32,000 nucleotides of DNA from NCBI RefSeq assembly GCF_051097895.1, contig NZ_CP142525.1, positions 690,001-722,000 of the forward strand, in the 5' to 3' direction. Within the stretch, counting starts at the first letter, position 1; each line of letters begins with the position of its first letter. The stretch comes from Psychrobacter sp. HD31 (GTDB lineage Bacteria; Pseudomonadota; Gammaproteobacteria; Pseudomonadales; Moraxellaceae). The translations under genes were made by a program, and so were the position numbers. The notes beneath the pieces were generated by a model. That model searched no databases, was not told where the DNA came from, and worked only from the letters and a program-made list of their open reading frames with translations. Of the stretch, positions 9,536 to 18,013 are shown one piece after another.

Positions 9536-9862
9536 ATGACTGACGTAAGCGAACTCAAAAAGCAATTGCTCATGCTAAAACAAGAATATGCAAACCGAAT
9601 TGATAAAATCGAAGATCATATTCATCATCCACAAGATGATTTAAATGAACATTGGGATGACCAAGCAGTTGCAATGCGCCAAAATGAGATGCGTAAACGC
9701 TTGTTGATTGAAGCAAAAGAAGAAATTGGCTATATCAACCATGCATTAGAATGCATAGAAACCGGTGACTATGGTCAATGCGAAGAATGTGGTGAAGATA
9801 TTGACCCTAAACGCCTTGAAGCTGTTCCTTATGCAACCTTATGTATGCAACATGCCCCATAA
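9536..9862 (+). CDS. TraR/DksA-family zinc-finger protein (108 aa)
   Basis: Strong AAGGAGG Shine-Dalgarno. The N-terminal half is a predicted coiled coil. The C-terminus is C82-E-E-C85-x17-C103-M-Q-H106, which is the DksA/TraR CxxC-N17-CxxC spacing with His in the fourth position. Confidence 0.75.
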   Translation: MTDVSELKKQLLMLKQEYANRIDKIEDHIHHPQDDLNEHWDDQAVAMRQNEMRKRLLIEAKEEIGYINHALECIETGDYGQCEECGEDIDPKRLEAVPYATLCMQHAP

Positions 9863-9880
9863 AAACAATGTTAATATGAC

Positions 9881-9915
9881 GATGGACAATCTATTGAGAT
9901 TGTCCATCAATTTTG
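9881..9915 (+). terminator. Rho-independent terminator after the TraR/DksA-like gene
   Basis: Perfect 12-bp stem GATGGACAATCT / loop ATTG / AGATTGTCCATC (9881-9908), followed by AATTTTGT. Confidence 0.7.
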
Positions 9916-9937
9916 TATATAAATCACCATTTAATCA

Positions 9938-9966
9938 CTTGAATTTTTATTTAAAAAATCCCATAT
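9938..9966 (+). promoter_or_regulatory. Sigma-32 (heat-shock) type promoter upstream of clpB
   Basis: CTTGAAT (9938-9944), a 14-nt spacer, then TCCCATAT (9959-9966). The E. coli sigma-32 consensus is CTTGAAA-N13-15-CCCCATNT. It lies about 130 nt upstream of the clpB ATG. Confidence 0.6.
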
Positions 9967-10097
9967 AGTCTATATAGAGGACAATAATAAAATAAATAAA
10001 CCTTTGATAAATAAGTAAAAAAAATAAATAGTCCTTGTTTTTTAAATTCCATATCCTTATATAAATATTAATACTAAAACATTATAAGGAAACGAAT

Positions 10098-12698
10098 ATG
10101 AGATTTGATAAATTCACCCAAAAGCTACAAAGTACCGTCCAATCTGCTCAAAGTTTGGCAGTCGGTCGTGATCATACCAATGTGGATGCATTGCACATTC
10201 TCGCTATACTATTAGAAGACGAAGCAAACCTGAGTACTTGTCAACAAGCAGGCGCTAGTATTCCTGCATTAAAAAATAGTGTGGCAAAAGCATTAGAAGG
10301 CTTGGCAAAAATCGGAACGCCGACCGGCGATGTTGGGCTTGCACCCAATGCCATAAAAATATTAAACCTTGCCGACCGTTTTGCCCAAAAGTCAGGCGAT
10401 GAGTTTGTACCAACAGAATGGGTACTGCTAGCCCTTGCCGAACAAGGCGATACTAAAAAACTAATGGCAAACGCAGGCGTTGATAGTAAAAACCTGAAAA
10501 CAGTTATTGAAGAAATACGAGGTGGTCAGGCTGTTACCAACCAAAATGCAGAAGACCAACGAGATGCATTAAATAAATATACGGTTAACTTAACTGAGCA
10601 AGCCGAACAAGGCAAACTTGACCCTGTGATTGGACGCGATGAAGAAATCCGCCGAACCATTCAGGTACTATCTCGCCGTACCAAAAACAACCCTGTACTG
10701 ATTGGCGAGCCTGGGGTCGGTAAAACCGCAATTGTAGAAGGTTTGGCGCAAAAAATTGTTAATGGTGATGTCCCTGAAGGTCTGCGTAGTAAAGAAGTGT
10801 TATCGCTTGATTTAGGCGCTTTGATTGCCGGTGCAAAATATCGTGGCGAATTTGAAGAACGTTTAAAAGGCGTACTCAATGACCTTTCTAAACAAGAAGG
10901 TAATGTCATTTTATTTATTGATGAATTACACACCATGGTAGGCGCAGGAAAAACAGATGGCGCTATGGATGCAGGCAATATGCTTAAACCTGCCCTTGCC
11001 CGTGGCGAGCTGCATTGTGTGGGGGCAACAACTTTAGATGAATACCGCCAATACATCGAAAAAGATGCCGCACTAGAACGCCGTTTTCAAAAAGTGTTGG
11101 TTGATGAGCCAACAGTAGAAGATACCATCGCTATTTTGCGCGGTTTAAAAGAGCGTTACGAGTTGCATCACGGCGTAGATATCCAAGACAGTGCCATTAT
11201 TGCTGCCGCTCGTATGAGCCATCGTTATATTACCGACCGTATGTTGCCAGACAAAGCCATTGATTTAGTGGATGAGGCTGCTAGCCGTTTACGTATGGAA
11301 ATGGACAGCAAACCTGAAGCATTGGGCAAATTAGATAGCCGTTTGATTCAGTTAAAAATGCAACGTGAAAGTTTAAAGGGCGAAGATGATGATGGTGCAA
11401 AATCACAAGTTAAAATCTTAACAAATGAGATTGCCGAGCTAGAAAAAGAATATGCTGATCTTAATGAAGTATGGCAGGCAGAAAAGGCCCTGGTTAAAGG
11501 TTCTCAGCAATTAAAAGATGAACTGGATAAAGCCCGTATTGCTTATGAGAAGGCGAGCCGTGAAGGTGATTATGAAACCATGTCAAAATTGCAATACGAA
11601 ACCATTCCACAACTGGAAAAACGTATTACTGACTCTGACTTAGCAGAACAACAGGCAAAAGATGGCAAATCAGAAACCAAACTGTTACGCAACAAGGTAA
11701 CAGACAATGAAATTGCCGAAGTCGTTAGCATGGCAACGGGCATCCCTGTTAGTAAAATGTTACAAGGCGAACGTGAAAAAATGCTAAACATGGAAGACCG
11801 TTTGCATGAACGAGTCATTGGACAAGACGAAGCGGTTATCTCTGTTGCTAATGCTGTGCGCCGTAGCCGTGCTGGGCTTGCCGACCCCAACAAACCATTT
11901 GGCTCATTCTTGTTTTTGGGTCCTACTGGCGTGGGTAAAACCGAATTAACGAAGTCACTGGCTAACTTTTTATTCGACAGTGAAGACAATATTGTACGGA
12001 TTGACATGAGTGAATTCATGGAAAAACACAGCGTTAGCCGTTTAGTGGGTGCGCCTCCTGGCTATGTTGGTTATGAAGAAGGGGGTATGCTGACTGAGGC
12101 TGTTCGTCGTAAGCCATACAGTGTGGTGCTTTTTGATGAAGTAGAAAAAGCGCACCCAGATGTGTTTAACATTTTACTGCAAGTGCTTGACGACGGACGT
12201 TTAACCGACTCGCACGGGCGTGTGGTCGATTTTAAAAATACCGTCATCATTATGACCAGTAATTTAGGCAGTCATGAAATTCAAGAAATGTCTGCTGATG
12301 ACAGCCATTATGATGAAATTAAAGAAGCCGTTATGAGTGCAGTGGGTCAGCACTTCCGCCCTGAATTTGTCAACCGTATTGATGAGATTGTGGTATTCCA
12401 CCCACTTGGTCAAGAACAAATGGCAGGCATTGCCGATATCCAACTTGCTCGTTTACGTGAGCGTTTAGCCGAGCGTGAATTAGGTTTAGAGTTAAGCGAA
12501 GACGCCATGAAGCAGCTGGTTAGTGTTGGCTATGACCCTGTTTATGGCGCAAGACCACTCAAACGTGCCATTCAGCAAGAGATTGAAAACCCATTGTCAT
12601 TAAAGCTACTGGCGGGTGATTTTGTTGCTGGCGATATCATTAAAACCACTGTGAATGACAATGGAAAACTTAAATTTGACAAATTAAGGTTAAGTTAA
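10098..12698 (+). CDS. clpB: ClpB disaggregase (Hsp100/AAA+ chaperone)
   Basis: 866 aa with two AAA+ modules (Walker [10 protein letters not shown] and GPTGVGKTE; Walker B ILFIDELH and [11 protein letters not shown]) and a long middle coiled-coil domain. It is colinear with E. coli ClpB and has an AAGGA Shine-Dalgarno. Confidence 0.96.
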   Translation: MRFDKFTQKLQSTVQSAQSLAVGRDHTNVDALHILAILLEDEANLSTCQQAGASIPALKNSVAKALEGLAKIGTPTGDVGLAPNAIKILNLADRFAQKSGDEFVPTEWVLLALAEQGDTKKLMANAGVDSKNLKTVIEEIRGGQAVTNQNAEDQRDALNKYTVNLTEQAEQGKLDPVIGRDEEIRRTIQVLSRRTKNNPVLIGEPGVGKTAIVEGLAQKIVNGDVPEGLRSKEVLSLDLGALIAGAKYRGEFEERLKGVLNDLSKQEGNVILFIDELHTMVGAGKTDGAMDAGNMLKPALARGELHCVGATTLDEYRQYIEKDAALERRFQKVLVDEPTVEDTIAILRGLKERYELHHGVDIQDSAIIAAARMSHRYITDRMLPDKAIDLVDEAASRLRMEMDSKPEALGKLDSRLIQLKMQRESLKGEDDDGAKSQVKILTNEIAELEKEYADLNEVWQAEKALVKGSQQLKDELDKARIAYEKASREGDYETMSKLQYETIPQLEKRITDSDLAEQQAKDGKSETKLLRNKVTDNEIAEVVSMATGIPVSKMLQGEREKMLNMEDRLHERVIGQDEAVISVANAVRRSRAGLADPNKPFGSFLFLGPTGVGKTELTKSLANFLFDSEDNIVRIDMSEFMEKHSVSRLVGAPPGYVGYEEGGMLTEAVRRKPYSVVLFDEVEKAHPDVFNILLQVLDDGRLTDSHGRVVDFKNTVIIMTSNLGSHEIQEMSADDSHYDEIKEAVMSAVGQHFRPEFVNRIDEIVVFHPLGQEQMAGIADIQLARLRERLAERELGLELSEDAMKQLVSVGYDPVYGARPLKRAIQQEIENPLSLKLLAGDFVAGDIIKTTVNDNGKLKFDKLRLS

Positions 12699-12775
12699 TT
12701 TCGTACCCCATTGCGTGCAATTAATTTTGTAGTAAGTGCAAGATAACTAACTTTGAGCGTCTACAAAAATATTAC

Positions 12776-12815
12776 AAAATCCCTCGTAATTTTAATGATT
12801 GCGAGGGATTTTAGT
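12776..12815 (+). terminator. Rho-independent terminator after clpB
   Basis: AAAATCCCTCG ... CGAGGGATTTT (12776-12812) with additional pairing inside the loop and a T-run after the stem. Confidence 0.7.
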
Positions 12816-12853
12816 TGTATATTAATGGTACTAACTTCATAAGGTTCATCACA

Positions 12854-13924
12854 ATGCCTATGCTAGCCGACACACTAAAACAAGCCGTTTCACAAAATAT
12901 TATCACCAAAGCGCAATTTAACCAGATAATGGCACTTTACGATGATAATACCTTAAACTTTGAGCATGACTTGAACCAACCAAAATTTAAAATGGCGCAT
13001 TTGCTTTATTATTTTGGTGGGTTTATTGCCATTGCAGCTATGAGCTGGCTAATTACTCTAGGGTTTGAGCAATTTGGTGGGATTGGCATCATAGTAATTA
13101 GCGTGTGCTATGCCCTAATTGGTATGTTACTTGCAGACAGATTTAAACGGCAAAATTTAATGATACCCCACAGTATTTTGTTAGCTTTTGTGTTAGTACT
13201 GGTGCCTTTATTTGTATTTGGTTTGCAACAAACACTGGGGGTATGGAGTGAAGAGTACCAAAACTACCGAGACTATCATACTTGGATAAGCTGGCAGTGG
13301 ATTTTTATGGAGCTAAGCACCCTTGCTGTTGGCGCAATCATGATGTGGCGATATAAACGGGCTTTTGTCATGTTCCCAATTGCAGTAACACTTTGGTATT
13401 TATCAATGGATGTCGCCCCATTTTTAAATGATGGGGTTCTTGATTGGGCGCTGCGCCGCACAGTTTCTATCTACTTCGGACTGGCAATTACCCTATTGGC
13501 ATTATTTATCGATTTTAGGCAAATTGATAGAGAAGACAAAACCCAAGATTATAGCTTTTGGCTTTATATTATAGGCGCACTCACCTTTTGGTGTGCACTA
13601 ACCTTTAATAGTACAAACAATGAGTGGTTAAGTTTTGGATACTTTGTAATTAACCTTGTTATGATGTTTTTTGGATTAGTCATCCAACGTCGTGTGTTTG
13701 TTGTTTTATCTGGATTAGGCAGTTGTGTGTACTTTAGCCACCTCGCTTGGGATGTGTTTGAAAACAGCATGTTATTCCCGCTTGTGCTTGCTTTTATCGG
13801 TTTTGCAATTATCTATTTAGGTGTACTTTGGCAACGCCATGAACATGCAATATCAAATAAACTACTCAATTTTTTACCAAAAAAATTACAACAAAAAATA
13901 CAAGTTTTACAAAAAAATAATTAG
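12854..13924 (+). CDS. Polytopic inner-membrane protein (about 10 TM helices), function unknown; possibly DUF2157-like
   Basis: The ORF-track TTG start (12815) lies inside the clpB terminator, so the ATG at 12854 (MPMLADTLKQ..) is more likely. A roughly 45-aa soluble N-terminus is followed by about ten hydrophobic segments. The family assignment comes from memory of the general architecture only. Confidence 0.6.
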   Translation: MPMLADTLKQAVSQNIITKAQFNQIMALYDDNTLNFEHDLNQPKFKMAHLLYYFGGFIAIAAMSWLITLGFEQFGGIGIIVISVCYALIGMLLADRFKRQNLMIPHSILLAFVLVLVPLFVFGLQQTLGVWSEEYQNYRDYHTWISWQWIFMELSTLAVGAIMMWRYKRAFVMFPIAVTLWYLSMDVAPFLNDGVLDWALRRTVSIYFGLAITLLALFIDFRQIDREDKTQDYSFWLYIIGALTFWCALTFNSTNNEWLSFGYFVINLVMMFFGLVIQRRVFVVLSGLGSCVYFSHLAWDVFENSMLFPLVLAFIGFAIIYLGVLWQRHEHAISNKLLNFLPKKLQQKIQVLQKNN

Positions 13925-14072
13925 CCATTTTTACAAAATGAGTGGATAAGTATAAGCCGTACTTATTATACGCATGTACAATACTACTTATTGCTCTACT
14001 AGAGCGACTTATCTGTAATTTAAAAGCAGGTGCATCAAAGCTTTTAATGGTTAATAACAAAACTTACGTATT

Positions 14073-14106
14073 AAAAAAAGAGCCAGTTTTAAACTGACTC
14101 TTTTTT
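14073..14106. terminator. Bidirectional terminator between the convergent membrane-protein gene and pbpG
   Basis: A7 tract, then stem GAGCCAGT / loop TTTAA / ACTGACTC (one mismatch), then T6 tract. Confidence 0.6.
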
Positions 14107-14137
14107 AATAAACATACAAATCACTTATATTTAAGTA

Positions 14138-15100
14138 TTAAATATAACGTCGGCTAGATAGACTATTTAAAATCGTTTCGGCATCTTTCCATCGTGTTGA
14201 TGAATTGCCCGCACCCAATAACACCACCACAGCAGGTCGATTATTTATTCGAGTTTCCATCACCACACATTTTCCTGCTTCATTAATAAAACCCGTTTTA
14301 GAAATGCCAATTGGATACAAACCGTCACGAACCAAATAGCTGGTATTACGCGCTGCATAATGACGGTTGCCAGAAGCATAGTTGGCAACATGAAAGTCGT
14401 AGCTTGCTGTGGTAGAAAAACGGCGAATCAAATCATAATTACCAGCCGCTTTTACCATTTTTACCAAATCACTTGGTGAGGCAACATTGCGTTTATCCAA
14501 ACCTGTTGGATCACCAAAAAAGGCAGAGTACATACCCAAAGATTCAGCTTTACGATTCATTGCCTTCATAAAAGCATTATAACCACCTGGGTAAGTGCGG
14601 GCTAAAGACTTAGCCGCTGGGTTTTCTGACTTCATTAAAGTCATTAATAGCATTTCTGCACGGTTTAGGCGGTCCCCTGATTTAAGACGAGAGCTTGCCT
14701 TTTTAGGACCAACAAAATCGCTAGGCACTAATTTTATCTCTTCATTCATATCTAAGCCAGCATCTAACACAACCATTGCTGTCATTAACTTAGTGATAGA
14801 AGCGATAGGACGGGCAATATCTGCATTTTTTTCATACAATGCTTGCCCCGTTTTAACATCAACCACCATTACCCCACGAGAACCAGTACTAATCGCTAGC
14901 TGATTGTATGTGTTAGGGTTGAAAGAATTATATGAGTTGTAATCGGTACCATAACTTGTGCTATTACCACTCATAATACTGCGTGCAACCGCCAAGCTAT
15001 CACCTTGCGTTTTTTGACCATTAACGCTTAATTCTGCTTGAGCGGTACCGACCATACCCACACTGACTACTATGGTTAATAGTTTTTTCTGAAGTGCCAT
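14138..15100 (-). CDS. pbpG: D-alanyl-D-alanine endopeptidase, PBP7/8 type (class C low-molecular-weight PBP)
   Basis: Sec signal peptide ending in AQA-E. The three motifs are present in the right order and spacing: SxxK (ASITKLMT), SxN (KSENPA) and KTG (ISKTGF). Confidence 0.8.
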   Translation of the reverse strand: MALQKKLLTIVVSVGMVGTAQAELSVNGQKTQGDSLAVARSIMSGNSTSYGTDYNSYNSFNPNTYNQLAISTGSRGVMVVDVKTGQALYEKNADIARPIASITKLMTAMVVLDAGLDMNEEIKLVPSDFVGPKKASSRLKSGDRLNRAEMLLMTLMKSENPAAKSLARTYPGGYNAFMKAMNRKAESLGMYSAFFGDPTGLDKRNVASPSDLVKMVKAAGNYDLIRRFSTTASYDFHVANYASGNRHYAARNTSYLVRDGLYPIGISKTGFINEAGKCVVMETRINNRPAVVVLLGAGNSSTRWKDAETILNSLSSRRYI

Positions 15101-15345
15101 ATCCCCATCCTTTTTTATTCATAGCAACAAAATAGTGCATTAAATAAATATTTTGCCTACTGACTAGGCAATAAATTACCGCATATAGGCTTATTTATCA
15201 AGGGCTGTATGGATTTTGCTATAAAAACTATACATTCATTAAAACTTTTGCAAAATTTATAGACGCACTATGTGAAATTTAATTCGTTAACTAAAACAAA
15301 AAATATGCTATATTTGAGAGGTATTTAAATTGGTTAAAAAGCATT

Positions 15346-15981
15346 ATGATTAAAGTTTTAGTTGTTGATGACCACGATTTAGTGAGAATGGGCATTAGCC
15401 GAATGCTCTCAGATAGCCCAGACATAGAAGTAGTTGCAGAAGCAGATAGCGGTGACATGGCAATACAGCTTGCAAGACAGTTAGCACCAGATGTTATTTT
15501 ATTGGATGTTAATATGCCAAATATTGGGGGTGTTGAAGCAACTAAACGTTTAAAACAACTAAATAACCAATTAAAAATATTAGCTGTAAGTAGCCTCACT
15601 CGCCAGCCCTACCCTTCTATGCTTCTAAAAGCGGGGGTTAATGGTTACATAACCAAAGGCACCCCATTAGATGAAATGATTAAAGCCATCAAAAAGGTGT
15701 ATCAAGGTGGCAAGTACTTTAGTAGTGAGGTTGCTGAACAATTAGCAGAAGTACTGTTAACAGATAATGATGGCTCTCCTTTTGATTTGCTAAGCGAACG
15801 TGAAAAACAAGTCGCAATGATGGTAGTGAATTGCCAAAGTCCTCAGCAAATTGCTGACCAACTTTTTGTCAGTGTTAAAACCATTAATACCTACCGCTAT
15901 CGTATTTTTGAAAAACTAAACGTCGATAGCGATGTTAAGCTAACCCATTTAGCGATGCGTCATGGTTTAATTCAACCTTAG
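15346..15981 (+). CDS. gacA: GacA/UvrY-type response regulator (NarL/FixJ family)
   Basis: Receiver domain with VVDDH..., the phospho-acceptor context VILLDVNMP, and K in YITKG. The C-terminal LuxR HTH SEREKQV..KTINTYRYRIFEKLNV..DVKLTHLAMRHGL is colinear with E. coli UvrY. Confidence 0.85.
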   Translation: MIKVLVVDDHDLVRMGISRMLSDSPDIEVVAEADSGDMAIQLARQLAPDVILLDVNMPNIGGVEATKRLKQLNNQLKILAVSSLTRQPYPSMLLKAGVNGYITKGTPLDEMIKAIKKVYQGGKYFSSEVAEQLAEVLLTDNDGSPFDLLSEREKQVAMMVVNCQSPQQIADQLFVSVKTINTYRYRIFEKLNVDSDVKLTHLAMRHGLIQP

Positions 15982-16178
15982 TTTTACTGATTTAATTCAC
16001 TTTTTAAAATACCGATATAGCCATCTATTACATCAAGTTAAATTATGACTGTTATTACATTTAAAACAGTCATCCTAAGCCTAAGATGGTTGCTATGCCA
16101 GTATTGTATACCTAATAAGAAATAACAAGTTCCTCAATACACACATACCATTCAAATACATACAATAAAGATACGCAT

Positions 16179-16222
16179 AAAAAAAGCCTTCAAACTATTT
16201 TCCATCGTTTGAAGGCTTTTTT
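16179..16222. terminator. Bidirectional rho-independent terminator (lipoprotein operon on the minus strand; also faces gacA)
   Basis: A-tract, then an 11-bp perfect stem AGCCTTCAAAC (16185-16195) / GTTTGAAGGCT (16207-16217), then TTTTT. Confidence 0.8.
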
Positions 16223-16250
16223 AGTCGTTTTATTAAAAGTCAGTTAAACC

Positions 16251-17957
16251 CTATTCACTTTCTTCAATCACTTCAGGTTCAATGAGTTGTTCTTCTTCGT
16301 TTAAAGTATCATTAGATATTTCAACCTCACTTTCAATAATACTGGTATCAACATCCGTTGCTTCTTCTAACTCAATATCTTGTTCTGTTGTCTCTTCATT
16401 CACCTTGTTAGCTTCTTGCATCATTTGATAAAACCCATAACCCATCTTACCAATTTGCGTACCGCCACCCTGCTCATAATGCTCTAACAACGCTTTATAA
16501 TACACTCTAAGGTCTATGCTGTTTTCATTAGTTGGTGTTTGCACTTCTGACGGCAAGTTACTAAACAATTGCTCGCCGATTGGTCCATAATCAAATTGAG
16601 TTAATGCATCAACCATTACTGCGTCTTCTTCTGCCGTATCAGACATGTTAAGGCTATAATGCGACCATGCTATTTTATTCCTTCGGGTTAATCCGTAATA
16701 CTCCTCATAGTCAATGATGTCTCCACTTTCAACGTCATTGAGCACATCAGTCGCACTTGGGTTTTCATAAGATTCTACTTCTTGATGCATCCCTTTCATA
16801 AATAGTTTTAAAATTGTTAAGCTATCAAACTTCATCTTTTTAAAGCTTTCAGGTTGGTCACTATTTATAATTAATTGAGGATGCTTTTGGATAATTGAAT
16901 CATAAAAAGTTTTGGCAAAAACATAATAGTTTTTGTTCATGGTTTCTGAATCATGAATACGGCTAACAATTTTTCTGCTATTTGCCATAACACTCTTTTG
17001 ATTCTCAGTTAAGTAATCAAACTTATTTAATAAATCTGTATTACTAATATAAGCAAACCCTTCTACTGGTTCTTGCTCATAGCTTGCTTTTTGCGCTTCT
17101 AAATATGCTGCTATTAAATCCTTACCAATGTTTTCGGGTAAAGTGCCATCATTAAGTGCCAGCTTTAACCATTTGTTATGCCACTTTGCACCCAACTTAT
17201 CGTCTATATATTTAGCATTTGTACCTGCAAAGTTTGCCGCCCAAAAATAGATTTCACCTTTTTTTAGGTCGATATAAACAGGTTGGTTAACTCTGCCCAA
17301 AATATTGCGATGCTGATAATCAAACGCTGGTAAAACTGTTATCTTCCCTGCAAGTGGTTGATAAGTACCCGTAATGTTAATATCAGTTGGCTCAAGCAAA
17401 TAAGCATTTAATAGCTGTGCTTCTTTTAAATCTTTAGCGGTATGTTGATCATCATATTCGGGCATATATTCCGTATCACTACCATTGTAATAATAGTCAT
17501 CATACCAACTGTCATATTCTTCTTCACATAGCAAAAAACCTTGTTTGATATCTTCAAGATCTTGTGCATATTTATCATCAAAAACAGACTCGTCAGCAGC
17601 ATCTACTTTTTTTAAAAGCGCCGCATAAGCCTTATCATGACTTTCGCTACAAAAATCTTTTTTATTGTTAACATTCTCTAGCTGCTCTGGTGATGCTTTT
17701 AGAAGTGACAATAGCTTTTTTGAGTTAGAAACTTCGACATCCATGTTATATCTAAAATTACTTCTGATTTGATTATGTAAGGCTTGCTGTAACTCTTCTT
17801 TCGCTTGTTCTGACTGCGCCAATGAGTTATCTAAAGAGCTTGCCGCTAAATTAGTATCTAAACCATTAGTCGTTTGACAAGCAGATAAAAAACTACTGGC
17901 TACAACCATAGAGGTACATAAACTAAGCAATTTTATTGGGTTTGTTTTTTTCATCAT
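16251..17957 (-). CDS. Large acidic lipoprotein A (about 568 aa), function unknown
   Basis: Signal peptide MMKKTNPIKLLSLCTSMVVASSFLSAC with lipobox L-S-A-C followed by QTTNG. The ORF-track start at 17966 is a TTG, so the ATG at 17957 is preferred. It contains a D/Y-rich segment YDSWYDDYYYNGSDTEYMPEYDD. The last 49 residues hold 21 Asp/Glu and no Lys/Arg. Confidence 0.7.
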   Translation of the reverse strand: MMKKTNPIKLLSLCTSMVVASSFLSACQTTNGLDTNLAASSLDNSLAQSEQAKEELQQALHNQIRSNFRYNMDVEVSNSKKLLSLLKASPEQLENVNNKKDFCSESHDKAYAALLKKVDAADESVFDDKYAQDLEDIKQGFLLCEEEYDSWYDDYYYNGSDTEYMPEYDDQHTAKDLKEAQLLNAYLLEPTDINITGTYQPLAGKITVLPAFDYQHRNILGRVNQPVYIDLKKGEIYFWAANFAGTNAKYIDDKLGAKWHNKWLKLALNDGTLPENIGKDLIAAYLEAQKASYEQEPVEGFAYISNTDLLNKFDYLTENQKSVMANSRKIVSRIHDSETMNKNYYVFAKTFYDSIIQKHPQLIINSDQPESFKKMKFDSLTILKLFMKGMHQEVESYENPSATDVLNDVESGDIIDYEEYYGLTRRNKIAWSHYSLNMSDTAEEDAVMVDALTQFDYGPIGEQLFSNLPSEVQTPTNENSIDLRVYYKALLEHYEQGGGTQIGKMGYGFYQMMQEANKVNEETTEQDIELEEATDVDTSIIESEVEISNDTLNEEEQLIEPEVIEESE

Positions 17958-18013
17958 TGTTCTCAAAATATTATTAATTTTACTAACTATCTATAATCTA
18001 TGTTTAAACAGGT

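Noticed and set aside
10533-10535. An E. coli-like internal translation start in clpB (the GTG Val149 that gives the short ClpB isoform)
   Set aside because: The aligned valine codon here is GTT (codon 146), which is not a start codon, and no in-frame ATG/GTG with a Shine-Dalgarno is evident nearby. I therefore cannot support a second isoform.
15982-16250. A GacA-controlled Csr/Rsm-type sRNA, or a small peptide gene (26-aa ORF at 16045-16125, MTVITFKTVILSLRWLLCQYCIPNKK), in the gap after gacA
   Set aside because: There is no cluster of GGA/ANGGA motifs on either strand, no GacA box and no convincing promoter. The mini-ORF has no Shine-Dalgarno, and its first codons form a hairpin that more likely acts as a gacA transcript end.
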